In this document: positions 24,108 through 34,860 of the stretch, piece after piece
Position numbering within the stretch: the first letter of the stretch is position 1
How the letters are laid out: each line of letters opens with the position of its first letter
NCBI GenBank assembly: GCA_030390025.1
Contig: CM059432.1
Location: 70,868,001-70,932,000, forward strand
Direction: 5' to 3'
DNA length: 64,000 bases
DNA from: Squalus acanthias
Lineage: Eukaryota
Notes under the pieces: model-generated
The model's database searches: none
Seen by the model: only the letters and a program-made list of their open reading frames with translations
What the model was told of the DNA's origin: nothing
Position numbers and translations under genes: made by a program

Positions 24108-24622
24108 AGTATTTGATTGAAGTTTTTAGGATTTTGAAAGGAATTGATAGGACAGATAGAGAGAAACTTTTTTCGCTGGTGGGGGAGTCTAGGACAAGGA
24201 GACATAACCTTAAAATCAGAGTCAGACCATTCAGGAGAGAAGTTAGGAAACACTTCTTCACGCGAAGTGTGGAAAACTCTCCCACAAAAAGCAGTGGATT
24301 CTTGCTCAATTAATCATTTTAAATCCAAGATCGATAGATTTTTGCTAGACAAGGGTATACAACAACTTGTATTTATATAGCACCTTTAACATAGTAAAAC
24401 CTCGCAAGGCCCTAAAGGATATGGAGCCAGGGCAAGTGGATGGAGTTAAGATACAGATCAGCCATGATCTCATTGAATGGCAGAACAGACTTGAGGGGCT
24501 GGATGGCTTACTCCTGTTCCTATTTTCCTATGGCTAGAGGATTTTGTTAACCTCACCAGCAGAAAGTTGGACAATTATGAGTAGCCTGCGAAATAATAAT
24601 TCCATGCCTTTCAGGTGACATA

Positions 24623-24858
24623 ATTGAGAGGTCGCACAACACCAGGTTATAGTCCAACAGTTTTATTTGAAATCACAAGCTTTCGGAGCTATCGATTGCT
24701 CCTTCCTCAGGTGAAGTAAATTAGATACAGAATCGCCAAAGCATATATAGATAGAGAACAAAGCATGTGTACCTTACAATTGCAGACCACTAAATTAAAT
24801 CATCCTGACTATCTGCCGAGGTGTGATAAAGTGAGATGGTTGAGGATAAAGTGAGAGG
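24623..24858 (-). mobile_element. Penelope-like 3' terminal insertion (P2)
   Basis: 14-bp TSD tttcaggtgacata (24609-24622, 24859-24872). Confidence 0.85.
24673..24714 (-). ncRNA. Minimal hammerhead ribozyme motif (P2)
   Basis: TCAC-CTGAGGA-A-GGAGC-aatcgata-GCTCC-GAAA-GCTT-GTGA. Confidence 0.78.
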
Positions 24859-25099
24859 TTTCAGGTGACATACCAGCCATTAAAATAGTGAAGTAATGGC
24901 CAACATTGCTAATCCAACTCTGGAGTGTGGGAAACAAAGAGATTAAACAATGTACATCCCGATTCATTCATATGGTAATTTCTGGATTTTGAAAGACTGG
25001 TTTAAGAGGTCAATGGCATTAAAACCAAAGTATTTGCTTTCATGTTTTTGAAATCAGAAAAATTATTCAAATTTTGTACATTGTCTGCTTGTGCAGTTT

Positions 25100-25800
25100 G
25101 CACTGAAATTATTGGACTGCTGCTTCTCGGCAACTGCATGAGCCAGCAGTGTAATGCGCTGACCTTGCGCTATAAGGCAATGCTCACAGAACAGCTGCAC
25201 GTTGATGGAGTGAAATCCCTTTGTCTTCATGAATAAGGTATCATTGGGGATGGGAGCCCATATGGCCATGTGTGAGATAAATAATGCCCTAGATTTTGTA
25301 GAATTCAGCCCGACAGTGAAAGCGTAGGCCTCTCATGTGTTGCTGCTTATTTTCCACGGTGAAGTTCATGAATCGAGAGGTCTGGGCAAACAAAACATTT
25401 GTCACCGGCATAATATAACGTTGCACTGCAGGTTTGCGATTTAGCAGAAATCAGCTGCTGCTCCTCAGAATGACCTGTAACATATAAATTTAAGGCCATG
25501 GTCTGCTTGACTGTGAATGACAGCCATCCCTGTTGCTGAAATGGTTTATAGTTCTGGCTGCAGAACTGTGCAAAGTTCAGTGACAGTTTCTTTTAAGGCA
25601 CATGTTCTTTGCACACAGGTTTCAGCTATCATGTCCAGGCACAAGTACCTGGCTTGGTGTACACAGCTGGCAGCATAAGAATGGGTCCTCAGTGATTTGG
25701 AGGTTGCCGAGTAGACCTTAGGCTTCAGTGCCCAATAATATGAGGTACAATGTACAACATCGCTACAGCCAGCCTGCATTATTGGCCACTATATTTTAAG
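25100..25800 (-). pseudogene. Decayed Harbinger/HARBI1-like transposase
   Basis: KETVTELC..LQPEL and AIWAP..KGFHSINVQL.C.H remnants. Confidence 0.7.
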
Positions 25801-26747
25801 TTGATTTCTTTGCTAGTTCTGGCCTTCTTTGCAATTGTAATAATGTACTTAAGCATCCAAACTGTGGATTTTTTGATTTCTCACGGGGAACAGCTCCACA
25901 ACCAGTGGGAGGTAGTGGTGAAGTTAGTGCTCCGATTTAAGATGGCCCTAAGCCCAAAGCTGCTCATCTGATTAAAATTCCAGTGAGCACAGCACATTAG
26001 ACCAAAAAAAAGCTTATTTACCAATACCAGGTCAAGATTGGGCACTGCCTCTTATAGATTCCCTGATGTGCTGGGTCACACAGCAGTCATGCATTACATT
26101 TACCACTTGGGTTTTTAATTCTTTGGTCATTTTAATTCCCTCCAGCAGTAAAGCATCTTATTTTTTTTCTGCAAGCTCATTAACAAGCAACAGCAGATTT
26201 TAAAAAAAACAATTCTCACCTATTTGGGGTGGAGGTAGAAAACAGAATTGGAATGATTCTGGCAGTATCAGCTTATCTCTTGGTTTTCTGCTGATTTTAA
26301 CATGCATCTCTGCCATCTTCATCAGTAAACAGTGGAAAACAGCTCCCCAGTGGTCTACCATTTGACAGACTAGCCCCATTGAGTTACAGCTACTCAACAG
26401 TTTATATAGTCAAATTGTGGATTTTAGAAATGGTTTTCTAAACATCTCACCTTTTTAAAATTACTGTAATTTCTATTTCATCGGTTTCTAAGGAATAATG
26501 AGCATGTCACACCTTATCTCTCGGTTTTCTGTTGATTTTAACATGCATCTCTGCCATCATCACACCTTTATTGTCTGAAATAGAAGCATTACATTTTCCA
26601 TAAGCTTGAAATTATCAGTACACAATAGCTTTGAAATACAAAAATACTGCAACCCGATACAGATGTCGTAATCATAAGCAAGATAAAGTAGCACCAAAGA
26701 AAAGTATCGCAATTATATATTATAATGCATGTGCTTTTGTAATAAAG

Positions 26748-26753
26748 TTTATT
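26748..26753 (-). terminator. Candidate AATAAA poly(A) signal of SDR16C5-like gene (alternative at 26567-26572)
   Basis: tttatt on + strand about 35 nt past the stop codon; second copy further downstream. Confidence 0.5.
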
Positions 26754-26788
26754 TAAAACAGTTAGAGTTATTGATTTTGCAGACCATG

Positions 26789-26882
26789 TTAATCGTTCTT
26801 ATCTCGACCCTTGAAGTGTTCCATGGTTTGGAAAATGCCAAAGTAATTTCCAAGAAGAATTCCAAGTTTCACAGGAAGCAAA
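26789..26882 (-). CDS. SDR16C5: SDR16C5-like terminal coding exon (94 nt including TAA)
   Basis: LLPVKLGILLGNYFGIFQTMEHFKGRDKND*; polypyrimidine acceptor ttttctttttaaatag; phase compatible with the preceding exon. Confidence 0.9.
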
Positions 26883-27209
26883 CTATTTAAAAAGAAAAAA
26901 AGACTGGTGACTACAATCATGTATTGTTATAGCAACAAATAGCAACAATTACCAAAGAGAAAGAAAAAAGGTCCTTGACTAGCTTGCTATACACTTAACA
27001 AAACTGGAATTAAAGCAGTATTTGAAATGATTGGATAAGATCATTTTAGCAGAATCTGTCTTTTCTTTAATTGAGAGTTATTTTAATGAGTCTTTAATTT
27101 AATCTTAACTTTGACTATTAAACATATTGGAGTTGGGCCTAAAAATGATTAGGTTCAATTAGCTTAGGCTAGTGACCTCAATTTAGAAAAAAATGTTTTG
27201 GCTAAACAC

Positions 27210-28210
27210 CTGTGTCAGTTTGGCTCAGTATGTAGCACTCTTGACTTTACAATCAAAAGGTTATAGATTAAAGTCCAACATCAAGACCCAAACTCATTGG
27301 GCTGGATTTTGATACTGGGGCGGGTTGGGGTCGTGTCATCTGCATTTCGTGTTATCCACCCGACTGCAATTGGATGTGGGAGATTGATGCAATTTCACTT
27401 AATTGGGCAATTGAGTTCCAGCATGTGGGAACCCATGAACCAATTAGTGGTTTCAGTCTGAAAGTTGCCTCTGATGATGTCATCATTGCTGCTGCATTGC
27501 AGGTCAGGTCAGGTCAGAGACTGCCTGGCTCTTGCTGAGAGAGGACCTGGATCAAAATAAGCAGGAGCTCAGAGAGAGAGAGATTTTTTTGCATCCAGGT
27601 CCTCTCACAGCAAAGGCCAGGCAGTCTCTGAAGACATTCAATGCAGCAGCATCAGAGGCAACTTTCAGACCAAATACGACTACTACCTTCATCACATCTC
27701 CGTTGTAATAGTGGACCTGCAGCTATCCACTTGTGCTCCCGCCAGGTTTCACTGGCGTGTTTCACATCAGGTGTGCTTCACGTCGGAAAAGGGTTAAACT
27801 AGCTAAAACGTTTCAAAATGGCATTACAGAGCCAATTTAGGGCTTGTTAAGGGCTTTAATGGCCTCTCCCGCCTCTTGGAGGCGGGACGGAGTCGGGAAC
27901 ACCGCACACGATTTTTATCAAAATTGCATGGAGGCGGGATCAGGTCTGCCCGCCACTTTTCGCAATTTTTACCCCCCACACGCCTCCAAACCCGCCTCCA
28001 CGGCCCTATGAAAATCCAGCCCATTATCTCAGTTGACACTCCAGTGCAGTATTGAAGGAATGCTGCATTGTCAGAGGTGCGGTCCTCCAGATGAGTTAGA
28101 GGCTTTGCCTGCCTGTTCAAATGGATGTTGAAGATCCCATGTCACTATTCAAGGCAGAGAAGGACGTTCCTTCAGGTATCCTGGTCAACATTCCTACCTT
28201 AACCAAAGAC
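27210..28210 (+). mobile_element. Deu-domain SINE (SacSINE1-like), interrupted by the MITE at 27299-28022
   Basis: tggctcagt A-box head; gacactccagtgcagt..gctgcattgtcagaggtgc..gatcccatg central domain (family name from recall). Confidence 0.65.
27299..28022. mobile_element. Harbinger-type MITE family M1, copy 1
   Basis: 12-bp TIR gggctggatttt/aaaatccagccc; TSD att; internal inverted repeat. Confidence 0.88.
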
Positions 28211-28224
28211 AGGTTAACTAGGCT

Positions 28225-29240
28225 GTTGGAGGGCAGGGAAGTTCCAGGATTTTGACACAGCGATGATGAAGGAATGGCGATATATTTCCAAGTCAGGATG
28301 GTGTGTGACTTGGAGGTGGTGGTGTTCCCATGTGCTTGGTGCGCTTGTCCTTCTAGGTGGTAGAGGCTGCAGGTTTGGGAGGTGCTGGCGAGTTGCTGCA
28401 CTGCATCTTGTAGATGGTACACACTGCAGCCATGGTGCGCCGGTGGTGGTGGTAGTGAATGTTTAACGTAGTGGATGGGGTGCCAATCAAGCAGGCTGCT
28501 TTCTCCTGGGTGGCATTAAGCTTCTTGAGTGTTGTTGGAGCTGCACTCATCCAGGCAAGTGGGAGTATTCCATCACATTCTCGACTTGTGCATTGTAGAT
28601 GGTGGAAAGGCTTTGGGGAGTCAGGAGGTGAGACACTCGTCGCAGAATACCCAGCCTCTGGCCTGCTCTTATAGCTACAGTATTTATGTGGTTGGTCCAG
28701 TTAAGTTTCTGGTCAACTTTTCTGCAACTCCAATCTGGTGTCTGCCCTGCCACAGTACTGAAAAGACATCAAAGTCACAAATGGCATCTTGTGTGACTAT
28801 CTACCCTTGACCCCCTTCTCTTCCTCATCTACATGCTGCCCCTTGGTGACCTCTCCATCACCACTCTCAATCCCTCCACTGCCTCTGTGGTATCAGACTG
28901 CTTGTCTGACATCCAGTCATGGATGAGCTGTAATTTCCTTCAGTTAAGAATTGGAAGACTGATGCCATCATCTTTATCCCTTGCCACAAACTCCATACAC
29001 CGCAACAAGTGTCACTCACCCATCACCCCTGTCCTATTCTGGCTCCCAGTACCCCAATTTTAAAATTCCTTTCATGGTGCCACCCCACCCTATCTCTGGA
29101 AGCTCCTCCAGCCCTACAACTACACACCCCCTGATCGCCATTTCTCTGACTGGCTTCGTGAATTCCCCCCTCGCTTTGGTCCACCATTGGTGGCCATGCC
29201 TTCAGCTGCTTTGGCCCCTTTCTCTGGAATTCCCTCCTTA
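28225..29240. mobile_element. Zenon-like LINE fragment (minus, to about 28720) followed by decayed L2 fragments (plus)
   Basis: MSAAPTTLKKL..HHRRT; DCLSDIQSWMS. Confidence 0.75.
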
Positions 29241-32200
29241 GATCCCTAGAACAGAGGGCAAGAGAATTGTGAGGTTGACTTATGTAATTGCACCCCGATT
29301 CATGAATTGGAGTCAGACGGCTGCAGATGCTATTTTGAAAGACAATTACAAAAATAAGTGCAGTGCAACTATGAACTACAAAATATATCACTATTTTTAG
29401 ATTTAAGACTTTGGCATTCTGCAGGATAAATTTAGTTGGTGCTTTTTGAAGTATTTGTACTGCACCAGGAGACTGCAAGGAAGTAGTCTATAATGTAAAT
29501 TTACAGTCATCTGGGATTCCAGGATATATTTCAGTTTTAGGTACAATCTTAAAAATGTTCCTGACTACTCCCACTCAAATGTAACTTTTCTTCAATGGAA
29601 TTGTACCACAATAGTGTAGTGTTGCTCTTTGAGCATTGTATTCAATTTTTTCACAAATTGCTACAGGTCACTGATTCTTTCAGACAATCTTCGGCACATT
29701 GATGGAAGCTAGAACACTGTTCACTTTACTGTTGTCCACGTGCTTGCTCTTTCTTTGGTTAGTGATGTGACATTCACTTGCATATTATCATTCAATAGCA
29801 TCCACTAGAATATGTAGATGGCTTTGATGAAGCAGTAGATTTGAATAGTGACAGCCAGACTTTGATTGGCCAAAACTAGGTTAAAACATCAATTTGCAGG
29901 AATTGCTGCCTTTACGTTTGAGCATTAACCATGATCCACGACCAGTGTTGTCTCTAATCATTGGGATGTATGGTCTCATGGTAACTATCAGGTTTTCTGC
30001 TAGGAAAACCTCGAGATAGTGGCCTGCATCCTGGCAGCAAAGTCTGCTTGAGGTGAGGGTCTGCTGCAGATTTCAATGAAGCTACCACAAGCGCTACTGA
30101 TGCCTGTAATGAAGAAAAAACTTCCCTGATGTTGCTGCATGTGAGGGCTGTAGACTCGAGTCACGTAGTCAGTTGCTGTACACGCCCAGAGACTGACCGA
30201 CCTCAGGGCCAGCACATCCTCCTTTTTGGGCAACTACCCATGAATTCTAGGTCCCACAACTATGAAGCCATAGGAAACCTTCTCCTTGGCCTCTGCTAGG
30301 AAGGTGGCACATCCTCATCTATTCCCCACTCCTCCAGCTCCTTCATGCTCTGTAAATCACCCAGTGCCACAGTCATTACTCCAAGACATAAGCACATAAT
30401 CTACGCTGACACTCCAGTGCTACATTGTTAATAAGCACATAAGAATTAGGAGCATGAGAAGGCCATACGGCCCCTCGAGCCTACTCCACCATTGAGTAAG
30501 ATCATGGCTGATCATCGACCTCAACTCCACTTTCCCGCACAATCTACGTATCCTTGATTCCAAAAATCTATCTATCTCAGCCTTGAATATACTCAACGAC
30601 TCAGCATCCACAGCCCTTTGGGGCAGAGAATTCCAAAGATTCACAACCCTCGGAGTGAAGAAATTCCTCATCTCAGTCTTAAATGGCCGACCCCTTATCC
30701 TGAGACCATGCCCCTTAGTTGTAGACACTCCAGCCAGGGGAAATCACCTCTCAGCATCTACCCTGTCAACCCCCTTCAGAATCTTGTATGTTTCATAGAA
30801 AGTTACAGCACGGAAGGAGGCCATTTCGGCCCATCGTGTCTGTGCCGGCCAACCAAGAGCTATCCAGCCTAATCCCACTTTCCAGCTCTTGGTCCGTAGC
30901 CCTGCAGGTTAGAGCATCCCAAGTGCACATCCAAGTACTTTTTAAATGTGGTTAGGATTTCTGCCTCTAACACCCTGTCAGGCAGTGAGTTCCAGACCCC
31001 CACAACCCTCTGGGTGAAGAAATTTCCCCATAAATCCCCTCTAAACCTTCCACCAATTACTTTAAATCTGTGCCCCCTGGTTTTTGACACCTCTGCTAGG
31101 AAATAGATTCTTTCTATCCACTTTATCTAGGCCCCTCATAATTTTATACACCTCAATAAGGTCTCCCCTCAGCCTCCTCTGTTCCAAGGAAACAAACCCA
31201 GCCTATTCAGTCTTTCCTCATAGCTAAGATTCTCTACTCCCGGCAACATCCTTGTAAATCTCCTCTGTACCCTCTCTAGTGCAATCACATCTTTCTTGTA
31301 ATGTGGTGACCAGAACTGCACGCAGTACTCTAGCTGAGGCCTAACTAGTGTTTTATACAGTTGAAGCATAATCCCCCTGCTCTTGTATTCTATGCCACGG
31401 CTAATAAAGGCAAGCATTCCGTATGCCGTCTTAACTACCTTATCTACCTGGCCTGCTACCTTCAGGGATCTGTGGACATGCACTCCAAGGTCCCTTTGTT
31501 CCTCTACACTACTCAGTGTCCTACCATTTAATGTGTATTCCCTTTCCTCGTTAGCCCTCCCCAAATGCATTACCTCACACTTCTCCAGATTGAATTCCAT
31601 TAGCCACTGTTCTGCCCACCTGACCAATTTATTGATATCTTCCTGCAGTCTACAGCTTCCTTCTTCAGTATCAACCACACAGCCGATTTTAGTATCATCT
31701 GCAAACTTCTTAATCATACCCCCTATATTCAAGTCAAGATCATTGATATATACCACAAAAAGCAAGGGACCTGGTACTGAGCCCTGCGGAACCCTACTGG
31801 AAACAGCCTTCCAGTCACAAAAACACCCATCAACCATTACCCTCTGCTTCCTGTCTCCGAGCCAGTTTTGAATCCAACTTGACACTTTGCCCTGGATCCC
31901 ATGGGCTTTTAACTTCGTGACCAGTCTGCCATGTGGAACCTTATCAAAAGCCTTGCTAAAATCCATATACACTACATCAAACGCACTACCCTCATCTACC
32001 CTCCTTGTTACCTCCTCAAAAAATTCAATCAAGTTTGTCAGACACGACCTTCCCCTAACAAATCCGTGCTGACTATCCTTGATTAATCCGTGTCTTTCTA
32101 AATGAAGATTTATCCTGTCCTTCAGAATTCTTTCCAATAATTTTCCCACCACCGAGGTTAGGCTGACTGGCCTGTAATTACTCGGTCTATCCTTTTCTCC

Positions 32201-33439
32201 CTTTTTAAAAAAGGGTACCACATTAGCAGTCATCTGGCACCACACCTGAAGCCAGAGAGGATTGGAAAATTATGGTCAGGGCCTCTGCTATTTCCTCTTT
32301 TGCTTCGCTTAACAGCCTGGGATACATTTCATCCGGGCCTGGGGATTTATCCACTTTTAAAGCTGCTAAACCCCTTAATACTTCCTCTCTCACTATGTTG
32401 ATTTCATCTAATATTTCACACTCCTCCTCCCGGATAGCAATGTCTGCTTCGCCCCTCTCCTTTGTGAAAACAGACGCAAAGTATTCATTAAGAACCCTAC
32501 CGACATCTCCTGCCTCCACACACAGATTACCCTCGTGATCTCTAATAGGCCCTACCCTTCTTTAGTTATCTTCTTTCTCTTAATATATTTATAAAACATC
32601 TTTGGGTTATCCTTGATTTTACTTGCCAAGAATTTTTCATGCTCTCTCTTTGCATTCCTAATATCCTTTTTAATTGCACCCCTGCATTTTCTGTACTCCT
32701 CTAAAGATTCTGCAGTATTTAGCCCTCGGTATCTGTCATACGCCTCCCTTTTCAATGAGATCACCTCTCATGCGTCTAAACTCCAGAGAGTATAGGCCCA
32801 TTCTACACAATCTCTCATCATAGGACAGCCCTCTCATCCCAGGAATCAATCTAGTGAACCTTTGTTGCACCGCCTCCAAAGCAAGTACATCCTTCCTTAG
32901 ATAAGGAGACCAAAACTGTGCACAGTACTCCAGGTGTGGTCTCACCAAGGCCCTATACAATTGTAGCAAGACTTCCTTACTCTTACACAGCAACCCCCTT
33001 GCAATAAAGGCCAGCATGCCATTTGCCTTCATAATTGCTTGCTGTACCTGCATGCTAGCTTTCTGTGTTTCTTGCACGAGGACACCTAATTCTCTCTGAA
33101 CACCAACATTTAAAAGTTTCTCACCATTTAAAAAATATTCTGTTTTTCTATTCTTCCTACCAAAGTGAATAACCTCACATTTCCCTACATTTTACTCCAT
33201 CTGCCACCTTACTGCCCACTCACTTAGTTTATCTATATCCCTTTGCAGACTCCGTGTTCTCCTCACAGCTTACTGTCCCACCTAGCTTTGTATAGTCAGC
33301 AAACTTGGATACATTACACTCGGTCCCTTCATCCAAGTCATTAATATAGATTGTAAATAGCTGAGGCCCCAGCACTGATCCTTGCAGCACCCTACTAGTT
33401 ACAGCTTGTCAACCTGAAAATGACCCGTTTATCCCTACT

Positions 33440-34038
33440 TTGCGGAACACCTCCGTTCAGTCCGTAAGGGGGACCCCGAGCTCCCGGTGGCCTGTCACTT
33501 TAATTCACCGCTTCACTCCCACTCTGACCTCACCGTCCTCGGCCTAATACACTGTTCCACGGAAGCTCAGCGTAAGCTCGAGGAACAGCACCTCATCTTT
33601 CGTTTAGGCACGCTACAGCCCTCTGGACTCAATATCGAGTTCAACAATTTTAGATCGTAACCTCAGCTCCAATCACATTTATATTTTATTTTATCCACCC
33701 TTTTATTTGTCCCCCCCACCTTTTTTTTCCTCCTAGAAGCTGGCAGCTGTCCTTCATTCTGCCAGTGGATTTCACACTTCATTCAGCCTTAATCTGTCAC
33801 ATTAACACCACCTCTAGCCTTGCATATCTCTTAATGTCTCTTAATGTCTCTTCATCTCCTCCTTTGTTCCTTTATCCCCTCCCCCTTTTCCCAGCTTTAC
33901 CCTGGCCTTAAATCTATTTGATTTCCAGCTCTTCCCAGTTCTGATGAAAGGTCATCGACCTGAAACGTCAACTCTCTTTCTCTCTCCACGGATGCTGCCT
34001 GGCCTGCTGAGTTTTTCCAGCGTTTTCTGTTGTTATTT
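33440..34038 (+). mobile_element. 5'-truncated Penelope-like element (P1)
   Basis: FAEHLRSV..EEQHLIFRLGTLQPSGLNIEF; 14-bp TSD cgtttatccctact (33426-33439, 34039-34052). Confidence 0.9.
33937..33973 (+). ncRNA. Minimal hammerhead ribozyme motif (P1) with GUC triplet
   Basis: AGTT-CTGATGA-A-AGGTC-atc-GACCT-GAAA-CGTC-AACT. Confidence 0.82.
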
Positions 34039-34429
34039 CGTTTATCCCTACTCTGTTTTCTGTCCGTTAACCAATCCTCGATCCATGCTAATATATTACC
34101 TCCAACCCCATGAGCCCTTATCTTGTGTAATAACCTTTTATGTGGCACCTTATCGAATGCCTTTTGGAAATGTCTTCTTTCGGATGTGGATGCAAAATAT
34201 CCAATGGCAGTAAGAAGAGCAAGTGGTTCATCTGGTGTCCTCAATCAACCTTACCAAAACAAATTATCTGGTCATTCCTCCGTTCATTTGTTGTTGGTGG
34301 GTCCGTGCTGTGTGCAAACTGTTTGCTATGTTTGCCTGCATAACAAGTGGCTGCATTTCAAAAGTAATCCATTAGTTGTAAAGGACTTTAGTGCAGCCTG
34401 AGAATGTGAAAGATCACTACATAATTGAA

Positions 34430-34860
34430 AGAATGAACTTGCATTTACATAGCATCTTACACATCCCAAAGCACTTCACACCCAAGGATTACTTTTGAAG
34501 TGTAGTTATTGTTATGTGAGCAACCTGGCAACCAATTTGCACACAACAAAGAGCAGCGAGTTAATGCCCAGACAATCTGTTTAGTAATGTTGCTTGATGG
34601 TGAAATATTGGCCAGGACACCGGGAGACCTCCTCTGCTCTTCTTTGAATAGTGCCATGGGATCTTTTACATCTACTTGAGATGGCAAACTGGGCCTCAGT
34701 TTAAAGTATCATCTGAAAAATTGCACCTCTGACAATGTAGCGCTCCCTCAGCGCTGTGCTGAAGTATTAGCCTAGATTATGTGCAAGTCTCAGAGTGAGA
34801 CCTGAACCCTTGACTGTCTGACTCAGAAGCGAGTGTGCTACCATTGAGGCAAAGCTGATG
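34430..34860 (-). mobile_element. Deu-domain SINE (SacSINE1-like)
   Basis: Reverse complement of the domain seen at 28030-28200 plus tRNA-like head near 34800-34855. Confidence 0.65.

Larger units (their letters stand above)
20528..24110 (-). mobile_element. Young 5'-truncated CR1 LINE inserted in an older CR1 3' fragment
   Basis: Open ORF1 remnant and ORF2; (agaacat)n tail; host frame RFRGDL|IEVFRILKG is split; attt junction repeat. Confidence 0.95.
30437..34170 (-). mobile_element. CR1 3' fragment hosting a second CR1 (30796-32749) and a Penelope insertion
   Basis: RT motifs; inner CR1 ORF 31169-32245 with DFSKAFD and FADD; tttca repeat at both junctions (30791-30795, 32750-32754). Confidence 0.9.

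Noticed and set aside
1..26000. CHCHD7 expected downstream of SDR16C5 by mammalian synteny
   Set aside because: No twin CX9C-coding exons found by eye; region is almost all TE
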